From: a bacterium
Lineage (GTDB): Bacteria; Patescibacteriota; Minisyncoccia; Moranbacterales; UBA2206
Assembly: GCA_043725085.1 (NCBI GenBank)
Contig: JAYSLY010000007.1
Span: 1,471 to 65,470, forward strand
DNA length: 64,000 nucleotides
Direction of reading: 5' to 3'
Part shown: piece after piece, positions 16,630 to 26,332 of the stretch
Layout: each line of letters begins with the position of its first letter
How positions within the stretch are numbered: the first letter of the stretch is position 1
Notes under the pieces: generated by a model
The model's database searches: none
The model's input: the letters and a program-made list of their open reading frames with translations, nothing else
What the model was told of the DNA's origin: nothing
Program-made: the position numbers and the translations under genes

Positions 16630-17331
16630 ATGAATATTGGTATTATCCTTGCTTCCGGCATCGGGAAAAGAATGGGAGCAGGAAAAAACAAGACGCTCGT
16701 GACGCTCGGAGGAAAACCGATTATTTTTTATGCCTTGTCAGTTTTTGAAAAATCAAAAGATATTGACGGCGTTGTACTAGTTGTTGGAGAAAAAGAAAAA
16801 AGCACCTTCCGGCAAATCGTTAAAAAATACAGATTTAGAAAAGTGCAAGGGATAATTTCTGGCGGGAAAGAGAGACAGGATTCAAGCTATGCCGGAATTG
16901 ATTTTATTGATAATTTCTTCGATAAGAAGAACAAAGGCGGAATGATCCTGCTCTTCCATAATGGTGCAAATCCTTTTGTGACCCCGGCAGAAATTAATCT
17001 TTGCATAGTCGAGACAAAAAAACGCGGAGCTTGTGCTGTCGCCCATAAAACCAAAGATACAATCCGAGAAGTTAATTCGCATGGACTTTCTGTTCAAGTG
17101 CTTGACAGATCAAAACTTTGGAATATGCAGACTCCACAAGCAATCCAATTAGCATTAGCAATAAGGGCGTTTCGAAAAGCCAGCATGGATAATTTTCTTG
17201 GAACAGATGATGTCAGTTTAGTGGAAAGATTGGGCAAAAAGGTGAAAATAGTCGAAGCTGCAAAAAATAATTTCAAACTGACCACACCACTGGACCTAGA
17301 ATTAGCAAAATTAATCTTAAAAAATACCTAA
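16630..17331 (+). CDS. ispD: MEP cytidylyltransferase
   Basis: ASGIGKRMG, GGKERQDS, QTPQ, TDDVSLVE, NFKLTTPLDL; in an operon with ispF/E/G. Confidence 0.9.
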   Translation: MNIGIILASGIGKRMGAGKNKTLVTLGGKPIIFYALSVFEKSKDIDGVVLVVGEKEKSTFRQIVKKYRFRKVQGIISGGKERQDSSYAGIDFIDNFFDKKNKGGMILLFHNGANPFVTPAEINLCIVETKKRGACAVAHKTKDTIREVNSHGLSVQVLDRSKLWNMQTPQAIQLALAIRAFRKASMDNFLGTDDVSLVERLGKKVKIVEAAKNNFKLTTPLDLELAKLILKNT

Positions 17332-17335
17332 TTAT

Positions 17336-17824
17336 ATGTTTAGAGTTGGATTAGGACAAGATTCTCATCGATTTTCTGATGATAAAAATAAAAAATTAGT
17401 TTTATGTGGAATAGAACTGGCAGGAGAATGTGGCCTGGAAGCTAATTCTGATGGAGACCTAGTCTTGCACGCTCTCTGCGCCGCAATCGAACAAGCGCTT
17501 GGCAGAGTTAATTTTTCAGTTTATGCTGATGAAATGTGCCAAAATGGTATCACCAATAGTCGGGAATACCTAAAAATAGCACTCTCTCATCTTAAGAAAG
17601 ATGGCTATATTATCAATAATTTAGGCGTATCGATCGAAGCCAAAAAACCCAAAATTTTGCCAATTGAAGATCGCCTAAGGACGAGCCTAGCTGAAATGCT
17701 TGGGCTGAAAAAAAACCGTATTGGAATCAATGCTACATCAGGAGAGGAGCTAACTGCGTTCGCTAGAGGCGAAGGGATTCAAGTTTTTGTAATTATTAGT
17801 CTGACCCGAAATGAAAAAAATTAG
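17336..17824 (+). CDS. ispF: MEcPP synthase
   Basis: RVGLGQDSHRF, NSDGDLVLHAL, ATSGE. Confidence 0.9.
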   Translation: MFRVGLGQDSHRFSDDKNKKLVLCGIELAGECGLEANSDGDLVLHALCAAIEQALGRVNFSVYADEMCQNGITNSREYLKIALSHLKKDGYIINNLGVSIEAKKPKILPIEDRLRTSLAEMLGLKKNRIGINATSGEELTAFARGEGIQVFVIISLTRNEKN

Positions 17825-18680
17825 AGCAAAATCGCCTGCCAAGCTAAATCTGACATTGGAAGTAACAGAAAGACTTTCCAACGGCTTCCACAAACTCCGC
17901 ACCATAGTGCTAAAAACAGAAAATCTATTCGATGAACTTGAATTCGTTTTTGATAAGAAAAAAACAGGGATCAAGATTACCTGTAATAATCCCGCCGTCC
18001 CAACAGATGAAAAAAATATCTGTTGGAAAATTACTGAACAATTTTTCCAAAAAACAGGAAAACGCATCGGGCTTGAGATACAAATTAAAAAAAATATTCC
18101 TCTGGCTTCCGGAATGGGCGGGGGCAGTTCGGATGGTGCGACAGTCCTCTTAGCGCTCAATCAATACTTTAAAAATTTATTACCCGAAAGAGAACTTATC
18201 GCACTGGCTGCAAAAGTGGGAAAAGACATTCCCTTGTTTTTTTCTAAAACGAGAGCAGTTAATATTACTGGCATGGGTGAAAAAATTAAACCACTAGAAA
18301 ATTTTCCGGGACTTAATATCCTAGTTATCAATCCGGCGGGAGAAATTTCTACTCCTTTGGCCTATAGCGAATTAGATCGGTCTTTGATTTTTATGAATGA
18401 CCCAAATAGAAAAAATATCTCTCAAAAATTTATCAAAAACAAATCAGACATTGAAAAAATGTGTTGTTATTTATATAATGATTTTTCTGTCATAGCAAAA
18501 AAGAAATATCCAGTCATAGAAACACTGGAAAAAACAATCATTTCCTTCGGAGCAATCGGGGCTTCTATTACAGGAAAGGGACCGACAGTTTTTGGAATTT
18601 TCCAAACAAAAAAAGCTGCACTGGAAACAAAAAAAATCCTCAAAAAATATTATCCAAAATTTTTCATCGAATTGGCTTAA
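17811..18680 (+). CDS. ispE: CDP-ME kinase
   Basis: PAKLNLTL, KNIPLASGMGGGSSDGA (GHMP motif), TGKGPTVF. Confidence 0.93.
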   Translation: MKKIRAKSPAKLNLTLEVTERLSNGFHKLRTIVLKTENLFDELEFVFDKKKTGIKITCNNPAVPTDEKNICWKITEQFFQKTGKRIGLEIQIKKNIPLASGMGGGSSDGATVLLALNQYFKNLLPERELIALAAKVGKDIPLFFSKTRAVNITGMGEKIKPLENFPGLNILVINPAGEISTPLAYSELDRSLIFMNDPNRKNISQKFIKNKSDIEKMCCYLYNDFSVIAKKKYPVIETLEKTIISFGAIGASITGKGPTVFGIFQTKKAALETKKILKKYYPKFFIELA

Positions 18681-18696
18681 ATTTTTAAAAAACTAT

Positions 18697-19749
18697 ATGC
18701 AAAAGTACAAATCCCGTGTCGTTAAAGTCGGTCCATATAAACTAGGCGGAAATAATCCGGTGCGTGTGCAATCAATGTGTAACACTGACACGCGCGATGT
18801 CGCATCGACAGTTACTCAAATTTTAGCATTGGAAAAGGCTGGTTGCGAAATTGTGCGCGTGGCCATTTTGGATATGGAAGCCGCGCAGGCTATTGGAAAA
18901 ATCAAAAAACAAATCCACATCCCACTGGTCGCTGACATTCACTTTGATCACAAGCTGGCGCTCGAAGTGATCGAGCAAGGGATTGATAAAGTACGCATCA
19001 ACCCGGGAAATATTGGCTCAGATGAAAATGTCCGTGCAGTTGTGACGGCTTGCAAGAAGAAAAAAATTCCGATCAGGATCGGCATCAACGGAGGATCATT
19101 GGAAAAAGAAATTTTGAAAAAATACAAAGGCAACGTAACAGCCCAAGGTATGGTCGAATCCGCTATGCGCCATATTAAAATTTTAGAAAAACATAAATTC
19201 AAAGATATTTTAGTTTCGCTGAAAGCCTCAGATATTGAACGAACGGTCGAAGCTTATCGCCTTTTGGCCAAAAAAGTTGACTATCCTCTGCACATCGGCG
19301 TCACAGAAGCTGGCACGATTTTCCGTGGCACAGTCATGTCATCCATTGGTCTCGGCATCTTGCTCTATGACGGCATCGGGGCAACACTACGCGTTTCGCT
19401 CACGGCCGATCCAATCGAAGAAATTCCAGTTGCCTGGGAAATTTTAAAATCACTAAAATTGAGAAAGAAAGGTGTTACCGTGACGAGTTGCCCGACTTGC
19501 GGACGCACGCAAATCGCACTCATTGACCTTGCCCAAAAAGTGGAGGCGGCAGTAAAAAATATCGATAAAGACATTCACATCGCTGTCATGGGTTGCGTGG
19601 TAAACGGTCCCGGCGAAGCACGCGAAGCAGACATCGGCGTGGCTGGTGGCAAAGGCATGGGCGCAATCTTTGCCAAAGGCAAAGTGATCAAATCAGTTAA
19701 AGAAAAAGATATTTTGAAAACGCTTTTGGAGGAAATTGATAAATTGTAA
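18697..19749 (+). CDS. ispG: HMBPP synthase (GcpE)
   Basis: VQSMCNT, PLVADIHFD, RINPGN, SCPTCGR, VMGCVVNGPGEA; real start taken as ATG 18697. Confidence 0.96.
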   Translation: MQKYKSRVVKVGPYKLGGNNPVRVQSMCNTDTRDVASTVTQILALEKAGCEIVRVAILDMEAAQAIGKIKKQIHIPLVADIHFDHKLALEVIEQGIDKVRINPGNIGSDENVRAVVTACKKKKIPIRIGINGGSLEKEILKKYKGNVTAQGMVESAMRHIKILEKHKFKDILVSLKASDIERTVEAYRLLAKKVDYPLHIGVTEAGTIFRGTVMSSIGLGILLYDGIGATLRVSLTADPIEEIPVAWEILKSLKLRKKGVTVTSCPTCGRTQIALIDLAQKVEAAVKNIDKDIHIAVMGCVVNGPGEAREADIGVAGGKGMGAIFAKGKVIKSVKEKDILKTLLEEIDKL

Positions 19750-19770
19750 TTATTATATTTTCTAACCCAC

Positions 19771-19802
19771 AAAAAGGCTCTCTTCAAATGGAGCTTTTTT
19801 TA
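19771..19802 (+). terminator. Probable terminator after ispG
   Basis: AAAAAGGCTC...GAGCTTTTTT. Confidence 0.55.
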
Positions 19803-19914
19803 TCTGGCCTAAAAAACCTAAAGTTGACCGATATTTGACACCCGCCAAAATCCTTGCTACCTTGGAATACTACCTGAAAACAAAAGTAGCTAAAACCTAA
19901 CTCTTTTTTTTCCT

Positions 19915-21042
19915 ATGAGCCTCATTCCGCAAGAACAATTCCGCAATTTCATCACTGATGCCAAAGATGTGCTCATTTTCATTCCCGAAAACCCGGGTTT
20001 TGACGCCATCGGCAGTGCTTTTGCACTGGCGTTTTTTTTGGAAAACAGACGCGTCTCCGCCACAATCGTTTCCGGGAAAAGATTAGCGGAAAATAAATTT
20101 GAATTCCTCCCCTGCCCGAAAAATATCGTTTCTGAAATTTCCGGCGCGCGCGAATTCGTCCTTTCTTTCGACACCAGTCGCAACAAAATTTCCGGCTTGC
20201 GCCAAGAAGTTATCGGCGACAAATTTAATGTCTATCTCACACCGGAAAAAGGTTCGATTGATCCGCGTGATTTTTCTTTTATTTTAGCTAAGTTCAAATA
20301 TGATTTAATTATTGTTTTGGATAGTCCTGATTTGGAATCCTTGGGACAAATCTACGTCAACAACTCTGATTTGTTTTTTGAAGTGCCGGTGATCAATATT
20401 GACCATCGCGGGAATAATGAAAATTTTGGTCAAATCAATCTGGTTGACATCACCGCTTCATCTTGCGCGGAAATCCTAAAACCGGTTTTGGAAAATATCG
20501 ACGTGACCAGTTTTGACAAAAACATTGCCACTTGCCTCATGGTAGGCATTATTGGTGCCACCGGAAATTTCCAAAAGAAAAATACCACCCCAAAATCCCT
20601 TTCAGCGGCGGCAGATTTGATGGACCGTGGCGCCGATCAGCAGGGCATCATTCGCTGGCTCTATAAAACACAGCCACTATCTATCTTAAAATTATTAGGT
20701 CGCGTGATGAGTAAACTTAGTTGGGAAGAAAAAAGCAAGCTTGTTTGGGCAAATTTGAGCCTAGAAGATTTCGTGCAAAGCCGCACAACGCCGGAAAACT
20801 TGCCTGTTATTTTGGAAAAGCTGCAAGAGAATTATAGCGATGGTCAAACGTTCATGATTCTCTATAACGACACACCCGGCAGCACTCTCGCGGTTTTGAA
20901 AACTGCCAATAATGAACTTTTGCAAAAAATCGCATTGCTTTTTGGAGCAGTTTCCAGTAATGATACATTGGAAATCAAAATTAACAGCAGTGATTTGATT
21001 TTGGCGGCGAAGACTATTCAAGGGAAAATCGAGAGCCTATAA
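19915..21042 (+). CDS. DHH/NrnA-like phosphoesterase homologue with degenerate motifs
   Basis: NPGFDAIGS, IVLDS, INIDHR, ASSCAE, ATGNF. Confidence 0.75.
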   Translation: MSLIPQEQFRNFITDAKDVLIFIPENPGFDAIGSAFALAFFLENRRVSATIVSGKRLAENKFEFLPCPKNIVSEISGAREFVLSFDTSRNKISGLRQEVIGDKFNVYLTPEKGSIDPRDFSFILAKFKYDLIIVLDSPDLESLGQIYVNNSDLFFEVPVINIDHRGNNENFGQINLVDITASSCAEILKPVLENIDVTSFDKNIATCLMVGIIGATGNFQKKNTTPKSLSAAADLMDRGADQQGIIRWLYKTQPLSILKLLGRVMSKLSWEEKSKLVWANLSLEDFVQSRTTPENLPVILEKLQENYSDGQTFMILYNDTPGSTLAVLKTANNELLQKIALLFGAVSSNDTLEIKINSSDLILAAKTIQGKIESL

Positions 21043-21062
21043 TAATTATCATCCTTTTTACA

Positions 21063-21093
21063 TAAACAGCTACACATTCGATAGCTGTTTTTT
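21063..21093 (+). terminator. Terminator after the DHH gene
   Basis: AAACAGCTA...TAGCTGTTT followed by a T-run. Confidence 0.65.
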
Positions 21094-21160
21094 TGTTTTG
21101 GCTTTTTATGCTAGAATAGAGTCACAAAAATTAAAAGTTGCGCCCTAAATACAAAAAAAT

Positions 21161-24100
21161 ATGATCCAAATTACAAAGAAAACTGACGAGACAAAAAAAG
21201 AAACTGAGGCCATTTCCAGCAAATTAGTTTCCAAACTACAAAAGCAATCAGAAGAAGAACAAGTAGCTCAATTCGCGGCCAAGCTAGAGTTGCCCTATAT
21301 CGATACCAATATCGTCCCTGTTTCCATTGATAGTTTGAAATTAGTCGAGGAAAGCGACGCGCGAAAATTTAGCCTCGCTGTCATTCAAAAAAAGGCTAAA
21401 GTAGCTACCGTCGTAGTCACCGATCCAACCAGAGAGGATGTGCAGGAGTTTTTGAAGAATTTTTCCGAAAAATTTGGTTTCAAGGTAAAGCTTTTTGTTA
21501 TTTCCCCCTATAATCTTGAGCGGGTTTTGGAAAAATACAAAAAAATCGTCTTTACGGAAATCCTCGATCAACTAAGTCTCACAATTAAAGATGCGGAGCT
21601 TACTGATTTTAAATCAGCGCTTGAAAATTTACTCGTTCTCAAAGAAAGAATTAAAGAAATGCCGATCACGGAAGTGATGAATACGATTATGGCTGGAGCA
21701 TACACGCTTGGCGCTTCTGATGTGCACATTGAACCCGGAGAAAATGATTTTCGTTTGCGCTATCGTATTGACGGAGTTCTCCAAGATGTCGCTTTTTTTC
21801 CACTCAATATTCACAAGCGCATTGCCACTAGAATCAAAATGATGTCTGGCATGAAGCTTAATCTTGCAGACATGGCCCAAGATGGAACCTTTGAAATAAA
21901 CCTTGCCAACAAAACAATTGCTATCCGCGCTTCTTCCATTCCTGGCAATTATGGCGAATCGATTGTGATGCGGCTCCTTGATCCTGATTCCATTAATGTC
22001 AACATTGAAGAACTCGGTCTTCAGGGCCTAGCCTATGAAATTGTGCAAAAGCAAATTGAAGCGCCTAATGGCATGATTCTCACTACCGGACCAACCGGCT
22101 CGGGAAAAACCACAACACTCTATGCCATTATCAGCAAACTTAACACACCTGACAAAAAAATCATTACCATTGAAGACCCGATCGAATACCAACTTAAAGG
22201 CGTTTCCCAAACCCAAATCGAAAAAGCCCGCGGCTATACTTTTGCCACCGGCCTTCGCGCGATTGTTCGTCAGGACCCTGACATCATTTTGGTCGGTGAA
22301 ATCCGCGACGACGAGACAGCTGACATCGCCGTCAATTCCGCTCTCACAGGGCACCTCGTGCTTTCCACTTTTCACACCAACAGCGCCATAGCTTCAATTC
22401 CACGCCTCATTGAAATGGGCGTCAAACCTTCCTTTATCGCTCCGGCCGTAAATGCTATTATCGGTCAGCGTTTGGTGCGAAAACTTTGCTCTTGTCGAGA
22501 AGAATACGTCCCCGCCAGAGAAACAGTCGAGTCAATTAAAAAAATCCTTTCCATTATCTCCCCCCGCGCTAAGGTGGAAATTCCCAAAAATATCGACAAG
22601 CTCTATCGTCCAAAAGGTTGTCTCAAATGTGGAGGCACTGGCTACAAGGGTCGCATGGGCATCTTTGAGGTGCTCACGATCAGCCCGGAAACAGAAAAAA
22701 TGATTCTTGACCTCGCCGGTGAGACAGAAATCACCATGGCAGTGCTTGAAGAAGGCATGGTTACGATGCTTCAAGACGGAATTTTGAAAGCCGTGAGCGG
22801 CGTCACTTCCATTGATGAAGTGAAAAAAGTGACCGGGCAAGGAGAATTTTTGGAAGGTATCTATGAAAAGTTAATGGCTCAAACTCTCGGCAGCACGCTT
22901 CCGATTAAAAAAGAATTTTATGCTAAAACCTTGGGCAGCGTGGATGATTTTGCCAAAATGCAAACACTTCTCGCCGGGACGAAAATCGTTGACGCTATCA
23001 AAATTATTTTTTCCGCCGCGCAAATTTTAGGCGTAGGGGACATCCATATTGAACCGGAAAAAGAAGCAGTCAAAATCCGTTTTCGCATCGATGGAATCCT
23101 CCAAACTATTGCTTCACTTCCTCTCACAGAATACACAACCTTCCTCGGACAGATAAAAATGCTCAGTGGTGTCAAAACAGAAGCGCGCCAGGGCGTGATT
23201 GATAGTCGTTTTAGTATTACGTTTGACGACGAACTGACTGAACTCAAGGAAAAATCCGTTGATATTCGTGTTTCCATAATCTTGGGCGGCTTTGGCGAAA
23301 CAGTCGTGATGCGCCTTTTGAGCAAATCATCTGTCGAACTCAATTTGGATAAGCTGGGAATTCGCAAACAAAATTTGGAGAAAATCAAACATGAAATTTC
23401 AAAACCCAACGGCGTCGTGCTCAACACCGGACCAACCGGCTCAGGAAAAACCACCACGCTTTATGCAATTTTAAACCTGATCAAAAAGCCGGAAATTAAA
23501 ATCATCACAGTGGAAGATCCGATTGAATACCAAATGGAAGGCATTTTGCAAACTCCGGTCAGTGAAAAAGACGGCTATACTTTTTCCACCGCTCTGCGCG
23601 CCCTTCTGCGTCAAAATCCGGATATTATGATGATTGGTGAAATCCGTGACAATGAAACGGCGCAGATCGCCGTCCAAGCCGCGCTTACCGGGCATTTGGT
23701 ACTCTCAACACTTCATACAAACAACGCTTCTGGCGCCGTCGCCAGAATGCTCAATATGGGAGTCAAGCCGGAGGACATCGTTTCCGGCGTGAACGCCTTT
23801 ATCGCCCAACGCCTCGTGCGCACACTTTGCGAATGCAAAACTAAAGTTGCTCCGACTGAAGAAGAAAAACAAAAAATTGAAAAAGTCCTAAAAACTATCA
23901 GTCCAAAGGCCGGCGTAGAAATTCCGCAAATATCAGAAGTCTGCAAACCAAACGGCTGCAATAAATGTAACCACATTGGCTATAAAGGTCGCACAACCAT
24001 CAGTGAAATATTTTTGCTTTCCCGTGAAATCCAAGAAGCCGTCATGCACAATGCTGTCACATCAGAACTCAATCAAAAAGCCACTTCCGAAGGAATGATC

Positions 24101-24181
24101 TCAATGGCCCAAGACGGTGTTCTAAAAGTTTTGGAAGGCGAAACAACACTTGAGGAGGTGGAGCGGGTTACTGAAATATAG
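21161..24181 (+). CDS. GspE/PilB-family pilus assembly ATPase with two tandem ATPase modules
   Basis: Two sets of DxHIEP/RIDG, GPTGSGKTT, EDPIEY, RQxPD..GEIRD, TGHLVLST.HTN and Cys motifs. Confidence 0.92.
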   Translation: MIQITKKTDETKKETEAISSKLVSKLQKQSEEEQVAQFAAKLELPYIDTNIVPVSIDSLKLVEESDARKFSLAVIQKKAKVATVVVTDPTREDVQEFLKNFSEKFGFKVKLFVISPYNLERVLEKYKKIVFTEILDQLSLTIKDAELTDFKSALENLLVLKERIKEMPITEVMNTIMAGAYTLGASDVHIEPGENDFRLRYRIDGVLQDVAFFPLNIHKRIATRIKMMSGMKLNLADMAQDGTFEINLANKTIAIRASSIPGNYGESIVMRLLDPDSINVNIEELGLQGLAYEIVQKQIEAPNGMILTTGPTGSGKTTTLYAIISKLNTPDKKIITIEDPIEYQLKGVSQTQIEKARGYTFATGLRAIVRQDPDIILVGEIRDDETADIAVNSALTGHLVLSTFHTNSAIASIPRLIEMGVKPSFIAPAVNAIIGQRLVRKLCSCREEYVPARETVESIKKILSIISPRAKVEIPKNIDKLYRPKGCLKCGGTGYKGRMGIFEVLTISPETEKMILDLAGETEITMAVLEEGMVTMLQDGILKAVSGVTSIDEVKKVTGQGEFLEGIYEKLMAQTLGSTLPIKKEFYAKTLGSVDDFAKMQTLLAGTKIVDAIKIIFSAAQILGVGDIHIEPEKEAVKIRFRIDGILQTIASLPLTEYTTFLGQIKMLSGVKTEARQGVIDSRFSITFDDELTELKEKSVDIRVSIILGGFGETVVMRLLSKSSVELNLDKLGIRKQNLEKIKHEISKPNGVVLNTGPTGSGKTTTLYAILNLIKKPEIKIITVEDPIEYQMEGILQTPVSEKDGYTFSTALRALLRQNPDIMMIGEIRDNETAQIAVQAALTGHLVLSTLHTNNASGAVARMLNMGVKPEDIVSGVNAFIAQRLVRTLCECKTKVAPTEEEKQKIEKVLKTISPKAGVEIPQISEVCKPNGCNKCNHIGYKGRTTISEIFLLSREIQEAVMHNAVTSELNQKATSEGMISMAQDGVLKVLEGETTLEEVERVTEI

Positions 24182-24448
24182 TAATAATCTGCAGGCAAAA
24201 ATCTCGAACTAGGAGCCCAAGAAAAGAAACAAAATCGAGGTATAGCGCAGATAATTTACTAAGAGCAAATTACCCACCCTACCCATATCTTGAAAGAAGT
24301 TTCCCATATTGATGACAAAAGATAGAAGCCACCAATTGCCTGCAATTTACTGCTTGCCAATGCCAATATATTAAAAAACATAAAAACACTGACTCCCAAA
24401 TTTAGCACATCTTGGGAGTTTTGTCAAATAGGTGTATAATAGTGCTAT

Positions 24449-25447
24449 ATGATTACCAACTCTCACGAACAAACTGAAGATTTGAATCTGGACAACACCC
24501 TTCGTCCGCAAAGCTTTGCGGAATATGTCGGGCAGGAAAAAGTCAAAAAAAATCTCGATATTCTCATTCAAGCGGCCAAAAAACGCCAAGAGCAGATTGA
24601 GCATGTTTTGCTCTATGGCCCGGCGGGCCTCGGGAAAACAACGCTTGCCAACATTATCGCCAAAGAGTTGGGCGTGAGCATCAAAACCACGTCCGGCCCG
24701 GCGATTGAACGCGTGGGTGATTTTGGTTCCATCCTCACCAATTTGCAAGATGGCGATATTTTGTTTATCGATGAAATTCATCGCTTAAATAAATCTATTG
24801 AGGAAGTGCTTTACCCGGCAATGGAGGATTTTAAGCTTGATATTGTGATTGGCAAAGGCCCATCGGCACGCACCATCCAACTTGATTTGCCAAAATTTAC
24901 TCTAATTGGCGCAACAACCAAGCTTGGCTCCCTTTCCAATCCACTGCGCAATCGCTTTGGCGCCATCCATCGCCTGGAATTCTATGAAAATGGTGAGATT
25001 GAAAGAATCCTTCGCCGTTCCGGAAAAATTCTCGAAGTTCCAATGCAAGATGATGGACTGGCAGAAATTGCCAAATGTGCCCGTTGCACTCCGCGCGTGG
25101 CCAATCGACTTTTGAAACGCGTGCGGGATTTTTCACAAATCAAAAACTATCCGACAATTGATAGCGCGCGAGCCAGAGAAGCGCTTGAGATGATTGATGT
25201 GGATGAGCTTGGGCTTGAACCGGCCGACAAGCATATTTTGCGTACGATCATTGAAAAATTTGGTGGCGGCCCCGTGGGACTTTCCACTGTTGCTGCAGCC
25301 ACTAGCGAGGAAATCAAGACGATCGAAGATGTCTATGAGCCCTATCTCTTGCAAATCGGTTTTCTCACCCGTACTCCGCGTGGACGCGTTGCAACTGAAT
25401 CAGCCTACAAGCACTTAGGCATCAAATTTCCCGAAAAAACTAATTAA
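24449..25447 (+). CDS. ruvB: Holliday junction branch migration helicase RuvB
   Basis: [42 protein letters not shown]. Confidence 0.98.
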   Translation: MITNSHEQTEDLNLDNTLRPQSFAEYVGQEKVKKNLDILIQAAKKRQEQIEHVLLYGPAGLGKTTLANIIAKELGVSIKTTSGPAIERVGDFGSILTNLQDGDILFIDEIHRLNKSIEEVLYPAMEDFKLDIVIGKGPSARTIQLDLPKFTLIGATTKLGSLSNPLRNRFGAIHRLEFYENGEIERILRRSGKILEVPMQDDGLAEIAKCARCTPRVANRLLKRVRDFSQIKNYPTIDSARAREALEMIDVDELGLEPADKHILRTIIEKFGGGPVGLSTVAAATSEEIKTIEDVYEPYLLQIGFLTRTPRGRVATESAYKHLGIKFPEKTN

Positions 25448-25470
25448 GTTAATTATTTATCCGTTAAACT

Positions 25471-25710
25471 ATGCTTACTGTCATTTATGCGATCTATGCG
25501 TTGATTTTTTTGATGAACATTCTTTTTGCTTTTTTCATCATCTACCATCTAGTTGCCTATTCAATCAATTCCCACTTCAGCCATATTATGGTTGTTTTTT
25601 TTGGCATAATCTCCGCCATCCTGATTCTTTCTAATTTTTTTCTGTTTTTAGCTGTCGACTGGAAAACAATTCTTGCGAGTGTTTTTTCTAATAATTCTAA
25701 TCCTTTCTAA
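25471..25710 (+). CDS. Small two-TM membrane protein
   Basis: Two hydrophobic helices; in an operon between ruvB and the PH-domain gene. Confidence 0.7.
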   Translation: MLTVIYAIYALIFLMNILFAFFIIYHLVAYSINSHFSHIMVVFFGIISAILILSNFFLFLAVDWKTILASVFSNNSNPF

Positions 25711-25716
25711 AAAAAA

Positions 25717-26304
25717 ATGGAAAACTTCAATCAATTTCATTTCAAGGGCCAAAAACCGGGCGAAGAGATTTTGATGGTCATTCATCGTCATTGGTTTGAT
25801 ATTTTGACTCAATTTTTGATTATCCTCACTATGCTTTTGCTCCTTTTTAGCAGCCTCATCATCACACCCCTCATTTTTCCCGCGATGATAACCGGTGCCA
25901 ACTCAATGCTGCTTTCTTTTTTGCAAAATCTTTTTCTGCTCATCACCTGGATGCTTTTTTTTGTTATCTGGATCGATTATTACTTTGATGTTTGGATTGT
26001 CACCAATGAACGCATCGTTGATATTGATCAAAAGGGGCTTTTTTCGCGCGAAGTCAGTGAGCTGGAACTGGAAAAAATTCAAGATGTGTCCGTTGAAGTG
26101 CTGGGTATGCTTCCTACTTTTCTCAACTATGGAAATCTCTATGTCCAAACGGCCGGCGAAAAGGAGCGTTTCATTTTTATGCACGTGCCAAATCCCTATG
26201 CTATCAAAGATTTGGTGATGAACTTGCAAAAAACTTATGAAAAAAAGGAAGCGCAGGATTTGGGCGAAGTCATTCGCAAAGAAATTCATGAGGAACTGCA
26301 ATAG
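25717..26304 (+). CDS. Membrane protein with bacterial PH domain
   Basis: Two TMs then VTNERIVDIDQKGLFSR...IQDV...YGNLYVQTAG. Confidence 0.85.
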   Translation: MENFNQFHFKGQKPGEEILMVIHRHWFDILTQFLIILTMLLLLFSSLIITPLIFPAMITGANSMLLSFLQNLFLLITWMLFFVIWIDYYFDVWIVTNERIVDIDQKGLFSREVSELELEKIQDVSVEVLGMLPTFLNYGNLYVQTAGEKERFIFMHVPNPYAIKDLVMNLQKTYEKKEAQDLGEVIRKEIHEELQ

Positions 26305-26332
26305 TTTTTAGTTTTTCGATATAAAATGAAGG

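Noticed and set aside
18592-18696. N-terminal extension of ispG
   Set aside because: It overlaps ispE; homology begins at ATG 18697.
24182-24370. Possible gene remnant between the PilB gene and ruvB
   Set aside because: No convincing ORF, start or motif.
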